The notes under the pieces were generated by a model. The model had not been told where the DNA came from. It ran no database searches and saw only the letters and a program-made list of their open reading frames with translations. Position numbers and translations under genes: made by a program. Positions 18,303 through 30,984 of a DNA stretch of 64,000 nucleotides are shown one piece after another. The stretch is from an uncultured Bacteroides sp. Its GTDB lineage: Bacteria > Bacteroidota > Bacteroidia > Bacteroidales > Bacteroidaceae. The stretch spans positions 13,916 to 77,915 of the forward strand of contig CAJKXC010000001.1 of the NCBI GenBank assembly GCA_905203765.1, given 5' to 3'. Every line of letters begins with the position of its first letter. The first letter of the stretch is position 1.

Positions 18303-20300
18303 ATGAAGACATTTGAAGAGCTCGGTGTGTCGGCGGAGATACGCCGTGCCATTGAAGAGATGGGATTTGCGTGTCCCATGCCGGTACAGGAAGAAGTAAT
18401 TCCCTACCTTTTAGGAGAAAATAATGATGTAGTAGCCCTCGCACAAACAGGAACAGGAAAGACCGCAGCGTTCGGTCTGCCGCTTATACAGAAGATTAAC
18501 GTCAACAACAGAATTCCCCAATCACTTATTCTTTGCCCTACCCGCGAACTTTGTTTGCAGATAGCAGGCGACCTGAACGATTATTCCAAATACATCGATG
18601 GCTTGCGGGTATTGCCCGTATACGGCGGCTCGTCCATCGAAAGCCAGATACGCGCCCTGAAGCGGGGCGTGCACATCATCGTAGCCACTCCGGGACGATT
18701 GCTGGACCTGATGGAACGCAAAACCGTTTCCCTCGCCACCATCCAGAACGTCGTAATGGACGAAGCGGACGAAATGCTGAACATGGGATTTACGGACAGC
18801 ATCAACGCCATCCTCGCCGACGTGCCGCAGGAGCGTAATACCTTGCTCTTCTCCGCTACCATGAGCCCGGAGATAGCGCGCATCTCCAAGAAGTACCTGC
18901 GCGATGCCAAAGAAATCACCATCGGACGCAAAAACGAAAGTACCAACAACGTACAGCATGTAGCGTTCACCGTCCATGCCAAAGACAAATATGCCGCGCT
19001 GAAGCGCATTGTGGACCACAATCCGCAGATATACGGCATCATCTTCTGCCGCACCCGCAAGGAAACGCAGGAAATTGCCGACAAACTGATGCAGGAAGGC
19101 TACAACGCCGACTCCCTGCACGGCGAACTGAGCCAGGCACAACGCGACACCGTGATGCAAAAGTTCCGCATCCGCAACCTGCAACTGCTCGTTGCCACGG
19201 ACGTTGCCGCCCGCGGACTGGACGTAGATGACCTGACACACGTCATCAACTACGGTCTGCCCGACGATACCGAAAGTTATACCCACCGCAGCGGCCGTAC
19301 GGGACGTGCCGGAAAGACCGGAACATCCATCGCCATCATCAACCTGCGCGAGAAGGGCAAGATGCGCGAAATAGAGCGCATCATCGGCAAGAAGTTCATT
19401 GCCGGAGAAATGCCCACCGGCAAGCAAATCTGCGAGAAGCAGTTGCTCAAAGTAATCGACGAGCTGGAAAAGGTAAAGGTAAACGAGGATGAGATAGCCG
19501 ACTTCATGCCGGACATCTACCGCAAACTGGACTGGCTGAGCAAGGAAGACCTTATCAAACGCATGGTTTCCCATGAATTCAACCGCTTCCTGGAATACTA
19601 TCGCGACCGCGAAGAAATAGAAATTGCCACCACCGCCGACCGTGGCGACCGCGCCGGACGTACCGGCGAACGTGGAGAGCGTGGCGGACGCACCGCCGGC
19701 AACCGCAAGGCAGAACCGGGCTATACCCGCCTCTTCATCAACCTGGGCAAGATGGATAACTTCTTCCCCAGCGAACTGATCGGCCTCTTGAACAGTAACA
19801 CCCGCGGACGCGTAGAACTGGGACGCATCGACCTGATGCCGAAGTTCTCCTTCTTCGAAGTAGAGGAGAAAGAAGCCAACAACGTAGTGAAAGCACTGAA
19901 CCGTGCCAACTGGAACGGACGCAAAGTGTCCGTAGAGATAGCCGGAGAAGAAGGTAAGGATGCCCCCAAAGGCAGACGCAAAACCGAAGGCGGCTACGGA
20001 AGAAAAGACTTCGACAGCAAGAAAGACTACTCCACCGGCAGAAAGGATTCCGAAGGCAAGAAGCGCAGCTACAAGGATGACAAGCGCAGCGACGCCCCCG
20101 CCCGCCGCAACGATAAGCCCGAAAGCGCAGCAAGCGACAAGAAGAAGGGCAAACCCAGTCGCGAAGAACGTGGCTACACCAAAGCCCGCGGCAAAAAAGA
20201 CGACTGGAAACAGTTCTTCCAAGGAGAGAAAAACGACTTCCGCGATGCCGAACCCGACTTCAGCGAAGAAGGCTGGGCAAGACGGACGAAGAAGAAATAA
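18303..20300 (+). CDS. DEAD-box RNA helicase (DeaD/CsdA-like) with DbpA-type domain and charged tail
   Basis: AQTGTGKT, PTREL, DEAD, SAT, ARGLD, HRSGRTGRAG; TATCTTTG at 18264-18271. Confidence 0.96.
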   Translation: MKTFEELGVSAEIRRAIEEMGFACPMPVQEEVIPYLLGENNDVVALAQTGTGKTAAFGLPLIQKINVNNRIPQSLILCPTRELCLQIAGDLNDYSKYIDGLRVLPVYGGSSIESQIRALKRGVHIIVATPGRLLDLMERKTVSLATIQNVVMDEADEMLNMGFTDSINAILADVPQERNTLLFSATMSPEIARISKKYLRDAKEITIGRKNESTNNVQHVAFTVHAKDKYAALKRIVDHNPQIYGIIFCRTRKETQEIADKLMQEGYNADSLHGELSQAQRDTVMQKFRIRNLQLLVATDVAARGLDVDDLTHVINYGLPDDTESYTHRSGRTGRAGKTGTSIAIINLREKGKMREIERIIGKKFIAGEMPTGKQICEKQLLKVIDELEKVKVNEDEIADFMPDIYRKLDWLSKEDLIKRMVSHEFNRFLEYYRDREEIEIATTADRGDRAGRTGERGERGGRTAGNRKAEPGYTRLFINLGKMDNFFPSELIGLLNSNTRGRVELGRIDLMPKFSFFEVEEKEANNVVKALNRANWNGRKVSVEIAGEEGKDAPKGRRKTEGGYGRKDFDSKKDYSTGRKDSEGKKRSYKDDKRSDAPARRNDKPESAASDKKKGKPSREERGYTKARGKKDDWKQFFQGEKNDFRDAEPDFSEEGWARRTKKK

Positions 20301-20306
20301 CAAGCA

Positions 20307-21173
20307 ATGAACAAGGTTAACGGTTTTCTGTATGGACTACTTTCTTCCGCGAGCTTCGGGCTCATCCCGTTGTTCACGATTCCTGCCATGCGGCAGGGAA
20401 TGGAATTCTGGTCCATACTGCTTTACCGTTTCTTGTTTGCCATGCTGGCGCTGGCGGGCATACTGTTGCTCGATAAACAGTCGTTCCGCATCCGGCGAAA
20501 AGAGATATTGCCGTTGCTGTGGCTGGCTTTTCTTTACGATACATCGGCTGTATTCCTTTTCTGGGGATATAAGTTTATGGCAAGCGGAGTGGCTACCACT
20601 ATCCACTTCATGTACCCGGTACTGACTACCCTCATTATGATGCTCTTCTTTCGTGAGAAGAAGTCCTTCTGGCGCATGGGAGCCATTGCGTTGGCAGTAA
20701 GCGGCGTATTCTTCCTCTCCCAGGGAGATAAAACAGGGACAATAACAGGAATCGGGATATTCATCGTCTTGCTGTCCGCACTGGGCTATGCGCTCTATCT
20801 GGTCAGCGTCAGCCAAATGAAAAAACTGGAAATGAAGGGGCTGAAGATGACGTTTTACGTCTTCCTCTTTGGCGGTATGCTTCTTTTTATCGGTACACAG
20901 GTATCGGGCATCGGACTGCAAGCCATCCCCGACCGCATTACGCTGGGAAACCTGGTGATGCTTGCCTTAGTGCCTACCGTTATCTCCAACCTGGCCCTGG
21001 TGCGCGCCATCAAGAACATAGGCTCCACACTAACCTCTGTATTGGGAGCCATGGAACCCGTAACTGCTGTCTGTGTAGGGATTCTCATCTTCGGAGAACC
21101 GTTTACAAGCAGCATTGCCATAGGTATTATGCTGATTATTTCGGCTGTAACTGTAATTATACTGAAGCGATAA
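20307..21173 (+). CDS. DMT/EamA-family transporter
   Basis: About ten hydrophobic segments in two repeats; ATTIHFMYP and LGAMEPVTA. Confidence 0.9.
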   Translation: MNKVNGFLYGLLSSASFGLIPLFTIPAMRQGMEFWSILLYRFLFAMLALAGILLLDKQSFRIRRKEILPLLWLAFLYDTSAVFLFWGYKFMASGVATTIHFMYPVLTTLIMMLFFREKKSFWRMGAIALAVSGVFFLSQGDKTGTITGIGIFIVLLSALGYALYLVSVSQMKKLEMKGLKMTFYVFLFGGMLLFIGTQVSGIGLQAIPDRITLGNLVMLALVPTVISNLALVRAIKNIGSTLTSVLGAMEPVTAVCVGILIFGEPFTSSIAIGIMLIISAVTVIILKR

Positions 21174-21234
21174 TTACTCCTCTCAATCTTCATCTTAACT
21201 CTAATTACCCTTGATTTTAAATTTACTTTCTTAA

Positions 21235-24855
<3,621 letters not shown>

Positions 24856-24872
24856 AAGAGTAACGGAAAGAC

Positions 24873-24913
24873 AAAAAAAAGTGATAGAGTGATGTCCCAT
24901 CACTCTATCACTT
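24873..24913 (-). terminator. Intrinsic terminator of dps, probably bidirectional
   Basis: Perfect 16-bp stem AAGTGATAGAGTGATG-TCC-CATCACTCTATCACTT with an A-run that reads as a U-tract on the minus strand. Confidence 0.85.
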
Positions 24914-24937
24914 AACCCTATCCAATATTATTCCAAT

Positions 24938-25426
24938 TTACTTGGTGCAACTCTTGGTGCTGAATGCAACGAGCATCCAAACCATCTTTTCCTGTTCCTT
25001 GAGATAACCGGTCATCAAGTCGGCAGTAACGTCGTCGCCTGCTTCGTTGGCGAGTTCGATTACTTTTCTCTCTTCTTCGATCAGATAGCCGTAAGTTCCG
25101 AGGATATGCTCCACTGCATCGCTGCTGCAAGAGATGTCGGACACTTCTTTGATCTTCGCTACCTTCAGGTATTCGCTGAACTTATTCTCGGGCACGCCAC
25201 CCAGCATCAGGATGCGTTCTGCTATTTCGTCTACTTTCTCGGCAGCGCCGTCGTACATGCTCTCGAACTTCTCGTGCAATACAAAGAAGCCATGTCCTTT
25301 GATGTTCCAGTGGAAACCGCGAAGGTTAGTGTAGTGTACCTGGAAGTCGGCTAATAATTGTTGTAATGCTACTACTACGTCAGCCACTTTCTTTTCGTTC
25401 AAATGTAAGTAATCTAAAGTTTTCAT
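24938..25426 (-). CDS. dps: Dps DNA protection/ferritin-like protein
   Basis: FHWNIKG..FF.LHEKFE, DEIAERI, EKMVWML; divergent from oxyR. Confidence 0.96.
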   Translation of the reverse strand: MKTLDYLHLNEKKVADVVVALQQLLADFQVHYTNLRGFHWNIKGHGFFVLHEKFESMYDGAAEKVDEIAERILMLGGVPENKFSEYLKVAKIKEVSDISCSSDAVEHILGTYGYLIEEERKVIELANEAGDDVTADLMTGYLKEQEKMVWMLVAFSTKSCTK

Positions 25427-25475
25427 AATTCTTTTATTTTAAAGGTTTATACTAAATTTCTTTTGTTCTGTGATG

Positions 25476-25542
25476 CAAAGATAAGGGGCAAACCAATGCT
25501 TGTCAAACAGATAATTTCTATCTTTGCATAGATGATTTCTAT
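25476..25542. promoter_or_regulatory. dps/oxyR divergent promoters and OxyR box
   Basis: Minus-strand TTTG-N20-TATCTTTG (25507-25476); ACAG-N7-CTAT-N6-ATAG-N7-CTAT at 25507-25542, overlapping plus-strand TATCTTTG (25519-25526). Confidence 0.8.
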
Positions 25543-25569
25543 ATATAACACTCAAAAGCCTTACCTATC

Positions 25570-26502
25570 ATGACTTTACAACAGTTGGAATACATCCTTG
25601 CCGTCAACCAGTTCCGCCATTTTGCCAAAGCAGCCGAGTATTGCCGCGTGACGCAACCCACGCTGAGCGCCATGATTCAGAAGCTGGAAGAAGAACTGGA
25701 CACGCGCATCTTCGACCGCAGCCAGCAGCCCGTATGCCCCACCCCCATCGGCATCCATATCATAGAACAGGCACAGAACGTACTGGCTCAAACCAACCGT
25801 ATCAAGAGCATTATAGAAGAAGAGAAACATTCCCTCACCGGAGTGTTCCGGCTCGGCATACTCCCCACCATCGCCCCCTATCTCCTTCCCCGCTTCTTCC
25901 CCCAACTGATGAAGAAGTACCCCGGACTGGATATAAGAGTAGTGGAAATGAAGACCAACGACATCAAGAAAGCCCTGCAGACCGGAGAGATAGATGCCGG
26001 CATCGTGGCAAGTCTGGCAGGTATGGAAGAGTTCGGGCAAACATCCTTATTCTACGAACAGTTCTTTGCCTACGTAGCACGTGAAGACGCACTCGCCGGC
26101 AATGAAGTCATCCGCACTTCCGACCTCAACACCAACAACGAACAGCTTTGGCTGCTCGACGAAGGACACTGCTTCCGCGACCAGTTAGTCCGCTTCTGCC
26201 AGATGAAAGCCGCCCGTGCCAGCCAGCTCGCCTATCACCTGGGCAGCATGGAAACCTTCATGCGCATGGTGGAGAGCGGCAAGGGAATAACCTTTATCCC
26301 CGAACTGGCAGTGCTGCAACTCAATGAATTGCAGAAAGAACTCGTACGCCCCTTTGCCATCCCCTGCCCTACGCGGCAAATCGTGATGCTGACCAATCAA
26401 AACTTCATCCGGCATACTCTATTAGAAACATTGACGAAGGAGATACAGAGCGCTGTACCTAAGGAAATGCTTGCACTGAAGGCAACCCAGGTCGCTGTAT
26501 AG
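25570..26502 (+). CDS. oxyR: Hydrogen peroxide-inducible LysR regulator
   Basis: LysR HTH (VTQPTLS), PTIAPYLLP, redox cysteines in EGHCFRDQLVRFC. Confidence 0.96.
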   Translation: MTLQQLEYILAVNQFRHFAKAAEYCRVTQPTLSAMIQKLEEELDTRIFDRSQQPVCPTPIGIHIIEQAQNVLAQTNRIKSIIEEEKHSLTGVFRLGILPTIAPYLLPRFFPQLMKKYPGLDIRVVEMKTNDIKKALQTGEIDAGIVASLAGMEEFGQTSLFYEQFFAYVAREDALAGNEVIRTSDLNTNNEQLWLLDEGHCFRDQLVRFCQMKAARASQLAYHLGSMETFMRMVESGKGITFIPELAVLQLNELQKELVRPFAIPCPTRQIVMLTNQNFIRHTLLETLTKEIQSAVPKEMLALKATQVAV

Positions 26503-26574
26503 ATTCTATCTATCACCCCATAAAACCTTTCAATAGGAATTCTTGTTCTATCGGGAAAGATTGCTATATTTTTG
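26499..26574 (+). promoter_or_regulatory. OxyR box and -7 element of ahpCF
   Basis: ATAG-N7-CTAT-N6-ATAA-N7-CAAT at 26499-26534, overlapping the oxyR stop; TATTTTTG at 26567-26574. Confidence 0.75.
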
Positions 26575-26611
26575 TAGCGGTAAAACAAAGTACTAAACCT
26601 ATTAAAAAGTT

Positions 26612-27184
26612 ATGATTATGGAATCAATTATCAACTCTCAACTCCCTGAATTCAAAGTTCAGGCTTTCCAGAACGGAAGTTTCAAAACAGTATCAAGTGA
26701 AGACGTAAAAGGCAAATGGGCTATTTTCTTCTTCTATCCGGCAGACTTTACCTTCGTATGTCCTACCGAATTGGTGGACATCGCCGAGAAATACGACCAG
26801 TTCCAGGCAATGGGCGTGGAAGTGTACTCCGTAAGTACCGACTCGCACTTCGTGCACAAGGCATGGCACGATGCTTCCGAAAGCATCCGCAAAATCAAGT
26901 ATCCGATGCTCTCCGACCACACCGGCGCCCTGAGCCGTGCTTTCGGGGTAATGATTGAGGAAGAAGGCGTGGCATACCGCGGTACGTTCCTCGTAAACCC
27001 CGAAGGAAAGGTTAAACTCGCCGAAATACAGGACAACAGCATCGGACGTAATGCCGACGAATTGCTGCGCAAAGTAGAAGCTGCACAGTTCGTAGCCACT
27101 CACGACGGCGAAGTTTGTCCCGCCAAGTGGAAGAAGGGAAGCGCAACGCTGAAGCCGAGCATCGACCTGGTAGGCAAGATCTAA
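26612..27184 (+). CDS. ahpC: Alkyl hydroperoxide reductase subunit C
   Basis: FYPADFTFVCPTE, EVCPAKW, PSIDLVGKI. Start may be 26618. Confidence 0.97.
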   Translation: MIMESIINSQLPEFKVQAFQNGSFKTVSSEDVKGKWAIFFFYPADFTFVCPTELVDIAEKYDQFQAMGVEVYSVSTDSHFVHKAWHDASESIRKIKYPMLSDHTGALSRAFGVMIEEEGVAYRGTFLVNPEGKVKLAEIQDNSIGRNADELLRKVEAAQFVATHDGEVCPAKWKKGSATLKPSIDLVGKI

Positions 27185-27198
27185 AAGGACGGCATTCC

Positions 27199-27350
27199 GT
27201 ACCTACAAGTAGTAACAGCTGTTTCCGCAAATGGGAACGGCTGTTTCCGCAAGTGGGCACGCGCGTTTCTTAAAGAGGAAACGCCCGTTCCCAAAGGCAG
27301 AAACGCCAGTTTCCGAAGGCGGGAACGCCAGTATCCTACTGGTAGGAAAC
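27199..27350. repeat. 22-bp-period palindromic array, consensus GTTTCC-N6-GGRAAC-N4
   Basis: Units start at 27199, 27221, 27243, 27265, 27287, 27309 and 27331, between ahpC and ahpF. Confidence 0.88.
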
Positions 27351-27413
27351 TACAATAGACTATAGTCCAAAGTATTAACAACATCCTTTCATAGGATTTT
27401 ACCCCCATTTATC

Positions 27414-28973
27414 ATGTTAGAAACAAGCATATTAGACCAAGTGCGGAGCGTATTCCAGCATCTGGAAGCCCGCTATACCTTCCGCATCGCCTATAATCCC
27501 GGACACGAACAGGCACAAGAACTGGTGACTTTCCTGGACGATGTAGCCGGCTGTTCCGATAAATTATCCTGCCAACTGGTACAGACCGAAGAAACGAAGC
27601 TGGAATTTACCCTCTTGAAAGACGGTAAGGAAACCGGCATCAAGTTCCGCGGCATACCCGGCGGGCACGAATTTACTTCCCTGCTGCTGGCAGTACTCAA
27701 TGCCGACGGAAAAGGGAAAAACCTGCCGGACGAGGGTACGAGTAGGCGCATCAAAGCCCTGAAAGACCCCATTCGCCTGCAAACATACGTATCGCTGACC
27801 TGCACCAACTGCCCGGACGTGGTACAAGCCCTGAACATCATGGCACTGCTGAACCCTCAAATCACCCACGAGATGGTGGACGGAGCCCTCTATCAAGAGG
27901 AAGTGGATGCACTGAAGATACAAGGCGTGCCATCGGTTTATGCCAACGGTAAACTGCTACACGTGGGACGCGGCTCCCTGGGCGAACTCTTGCAGAAGTT
28001 GGAAGAGACTTTCGGCAGCCTGCCGCAAGCAGGCGAAGGGCCGGTTCGGAGAGCATTCGATGTCCTTGTACTGGGCGGCGGGCCTGCCGGAGCATCGGCA
28101 GCCATCTACTCTGCCCGCAAGGGGCTGCACGTTGCCATCGTTACCGAGCGCATCGGCGGACAGGTGAAGGAAACGGTAGGCATTGAGAACCTTATCTCCG
28201 TACCGCACACCACCGGCGCACAACTTGCCGATGCACTCCGAAGCCACATCGAACACTATCCGGTAGAAATCTTCGAAGACCGCCGGATAGAGACCGTGGA
28301 ACTGAAAGGAGAACAGAAAACGGTCAACGTCGTTGGCGGTGAAACGTTTACCGCCCCCTCTATTATCATTGCAACCGGTGCAAGCTGGCGCAAGCTGAAT
28401 GTAGAGGGCGAAGCGGAGTACATCGGACGCGGCGTTGCCTTCTGTCCGCATTGCGACGGGCCGTTCTACCAGGGCAAGGAAGTAGCCGTTATCGGCGGCG
28501 GAAACTCGGGCATCGAAGCAGCCATCGACCTGGCGGGCATCTGCAAGAAGGTAACCGTTTTCGAGTTTGCCGACGTGCTGAAAGCCGACCGGGTGTTGCA
28601 GGAGAAGGCCAAGAGCCTGCCGAACGTGGAGATATTCACTTCTTCGCAAACGACCCGGGTGATAGGCAATGGCGACAAGGTAACCGCCATCCGCATCAAG
28701 GACCGTACCTGCGACGAGGAACGGGATGTACCGCTGGATGGTGTCTTCGTACAGATAGGATTGGCTGCCAACAGCGCTCCTTTCCATGGCGAGTTGGATA
28801 TGTCGCCGATAGGCGAAATCAAGATAGATGCCTTCTGCCGTACCACGCTTCCGGGTGTTTATGCCGCAGGGGATGTATCGAACGTACCCTACAAACAGAT
28901 TGTCATTGCTATGGGCGAGGGTGCCAAAGCGGCACTGTCGGCATTCGATGACAGGATTCGGGGAATCGTATAA
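27414..28973 (+). CDS. ahpF: Alkyl hydroperoxide reductase subunit F
   Basis: GHEFTSL, CTNCPDVVQALN, GGGPAG, CPHCDGP, GGGNSGIEAAIDLAG, YKQIVIAMGEG. Confidence 0.97.
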   Translation: MLETSILDQVRSVFQHLEARYTFRIAYNPGHEQAQELVTFLDDVAGCSDKLSCQLVQTEETKLEFTLLKDGKETGIKFRGIPGGHEFTSLLLAVLNADGKGKNLPDEGTSRRIKALKDPIRLQTYVSLTCTNCPDVVQALNIMALLNPQITHEMVDGALYQEEVDALKIQGVPSVYANGKLLHVGRGSLGELLQKLEETFGSLPQAGEGPVRRAFDVLVLGGGPAGASAAIYSARKGLHVAIVTERIGGQVKETVGIENLISVPHTTGAQLADALRSHIEHYPVEIFEDRRIETVELKGEQKTVNVVGGETFTAPSIIIATGASWRKLNVEGEAEYIGRGVAFCPHCDGPFYQGKEVAVIGGGNSGIEAAIDLAGICKKVTVFEFADVLKADRVLQEKAKSLPNVEIFTSSQTTRVIGNGDKVTAIRIKDRTCDEERDVPLDGVFVQIGLAANSAPFHGELDMSPIGEIKIDAFCRTTLPGVYAAGDVSNVPYKQIVIAMGEGAKAALSAFDDRIRGIV

Positions 28974-28975
28974 AG

Positions 28976-29017
28976 ATAATATCCGTCAGTCAGATAACTC
29001 TGAATGACGGATATTAT
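28976..29017. terminator. Hairpin between convergent ahpF and regulator genes
   Basis: ATAATATCCGTCAGTCAGA-TAAC-TCTGAATGACGGATATTAT. Confidence 0.75.
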
Positions 29018-30687
29018 TATATAGACTTTGACAGATATTCTGCAATATCCTCTTTTTCTTCCATGCCGAGCTTTTGCCGGATGACCGTCTTACGTTGATA
29101 AACCGTCCGGATGCTCTGCTGGATAACGACACTAATCTCTTTGGTGGAGAAATCCGACTTCAGCAGGCAGCAGAGTTGGAGTTCCTTTTCATTCAGGATA
29201 TTGCCATACTTATTACTAATGCGGGTATAAAAGTCGTCGTATACCATGTCAATCGTCTTATACAAGTCTTTCCAAACCAGCAAATCGTCCGCTGCGACAT
29301 CTTTATTGGCTATCCGCCCCATCTGCACCAACAGTTCCTGATGGTCGGAACTGGGATTGGTTGCCACTATGCGTATCAAGCCCAATTGTTGGAGCAGCAT
29401 CTTCTTGACAAATTTATCGTTGCCGCTACCGTCAGCCCCTTCCGTCTCTTGCAACAAGCGGCGCAGGGCTTCCAGCTCTTCTTCCTTCTCTATAAGCAAG
29501 CGTTTTCTTCTTTGCAGATACCAGATAACAGCCACCAATAACAAGATACAAAGGGAAATCGCTCCTACGAAGATAGTACGTTCTTTCTGCTTCTCCAGTT
29601 GCAGGTTCATATTCTGTTGCTGGAGCAGCAACTGTGTCTTTCCTTTCTGCATGATTACCCGTTGGTCGCGTATGAAGTCATTATACGTCCGGTTTGAGAA
29701 GAATGCAACGTCCCGGATCAGAAAGGAACGGGTATCGATATAGTCCATCAGCGTCTTCTGCACCAGGTAATAGATGCTGAACCACAAGTCCCGATCCATA
29801 GATGGCAGGCGGACGCTGTCACTCTTCTGCATATAATAGTGGGCGGAGTCCATCTGCCCCATGTTCAGGTAATAGCGTGCAAGCGAAAGATAAGATACGC
29901 TCAGAAGAGGATCACCGTTTTCTTTGAACTTCTGCAGAACGCGGCGTTGCAGGTCGACGGCTTCCCGATTCTTTCCCGAATCACTCAGCATATCGGCATA
30001 GTTACGCATCACATAGCCCCATACCAGTGCAGAGTCTCCGGGTGTATCCTGGTATTCAGATGACTTGCAAAGGGCAATCAGCGCGGAATCGGTCTGATTC
30101 ATGCTGTAATAAAGCACCGCCAAGCTGTTGTACTCGTCAGCATAACGGGTGGAATCACGGTTTATCGCCATCAAACGCTTCTGCAAGCGCAGCAGTCCTT
30201 CAAAATCATCATTGCCTTCCCCTATATCCAGTACAGACTGTAACAAGCGGATGCGGGCAGCCGTATCACTTTGCAAGGCGGCGATGCTATCGCCTTTGGC
30301 AAGCATTTCCGTGGCTTCTTTATATCGTTCGCTGTCGTAAAGATGGTATGCCAACAGTTCATAGACGCGCATCAGGTGCAGGGTGTCTTCCACATCCCGA
30401 CTTCCATAATACTGTAAGGCATACGGTAACAGGGTATCTTCGTTCATCACCCAATGGGCATCGTAATGGGCTTGTCCCAGGGCAAGGGCATAGCGTGCCC
30501 GCAGGGAGTCGGGCAGCGTTTCGGGATTCTTCACCGACTGAAGCAGGACGATAGCTTCTTCCGCATTCTGCCGTAACGTCTGTTCTGCCTTTTCTATCTG
30601 CACAAGCTGCGACGGCACGCCCTCTGTACATGCCGACAATGCCCATACACATACCAAACTTATCAAGCCGTGCTTCAATGCTTTCAT
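29017..30687 (-). CDS. Membrane-anchored TPR-sensor / LuxR-like HTH transcriptional regulator
   Basis: Lipobox-like LSAC, TPR-like helices, TM IFVGAISLCILLLVAVIWY, C-terminal LNEKELQLCCLLKSDFSTKEIS...TVYQRKTVIRQKLG. Start moved from 30786 because a TATTTTTG -7 element lies at 30733-30740. Confidence 0.82.
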   Translation of the reverse strand: MKALKHGLISLVCVWALSACTEGVPSQLVQIEKAEQTLRQNAEEAIVLLQSVKNPETLPDSLRARYALALGQAHYDAHWVMNEDTLLPYALQYYGSRDVEDTLHLMRVYELLAYHLYDSERYKEATEMLAKGDSIAALQSDTAARIRLLQSVLDIGEGNDDFEGLLRLQKRLMAINRDSTRYADEYNSLAVLYYSMNQTDSALIALCKSSEYQDTPGDSALVWGYVMRNYADMLSDSGKNREAVDLQRRVLQKFKENGDPLLSVSYLSLARYYLNMGQMDSAHYYMQKSDSVRLPSMDRDLWFSIYYLVQKTLMDYIDTRSFLIRDVAFFSNRTYNDFIRDQRVIMQKGKTQLLLQQQNMNLQLEKQKERTIFVGAISLCILLLVAVIWYLQRRKRLLIEKEEELEALRRLLQETEGADGSGNDKFVKKMLLQQLGLIRIVATNPSSDHQELLVQMGRIANKDVAADDLLVWKDLYKTIDMVYDDFYTRISNKYGNILNEKELQLCCLLKSDFSTKEISVVIQQSIRTVYQRKTVIRQKLGMEEKEDIAEYLSKSI

Positions 30688-30797
30688 ATCGTTTCCCATC
30701 CTCTTTAAATGAACCCGACCTTGGATTCTCTGCAAAAATAGATATTTACTGATTAACGGGGGCAAAGACAGACTGTTTTTTTGCATTTTCCTTTATG

Positions 30798-30939
30798 TAT
30801 AAACCCGCGGCGGGCACATATAAACTTTTCTCTTAAAGCACGCCGTAAACACATTCATTACCAGACGGTTGCAAAAGGTATTGCATTTTAATAAGTGGCG
30901 GATATAAACCGTATTTAAGGCTTTTACGCCCTACCTTTG
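30798..30939 (+). promoter_or_regulatory. Phased TATAAAC boxes and -7 element upstream of the beta-barrel gene
   Basis: TATAAAC at 30798, 30819 and 30903 (spacings 21 and 84 bp); TACCTTTG at 30932-30939. Confidence 0.55.
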
Positions 30940-30984
30940 TCATGTTCGAAGAACGAAAATAATCACTATAAAACATAAGAAGAA

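Noticed and set aside
18522..20303. 593-aa antisense ORF over the DEAD-box helicase (likewise 23200-24903, 40040-41458, 2836-4098, 61974-63236)
   Set aside because: Shadow ORFs produced by codon bias of the real gene on the opposite strand; no protein motifs.
24879..24913. Resemblance of AGTGATAGAG to tetO half-sites
   Set aside because: Half-sites are in the wrong order and spacing for tetO; position and U-tract fit an intrinsic terminator.
27012..27408. Short minus-strand ORFs between and over ahpC and ahpF
   Set aside because: They run through the repeat array or antisense to ahpC and have no recognisable motifs.
30688..30786. N-terminal extension of the TPR regulator in the ORF track
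   Set aside because: Contains the gene's own -7 element and would displace the signal peptide; the later ATG is preferred.
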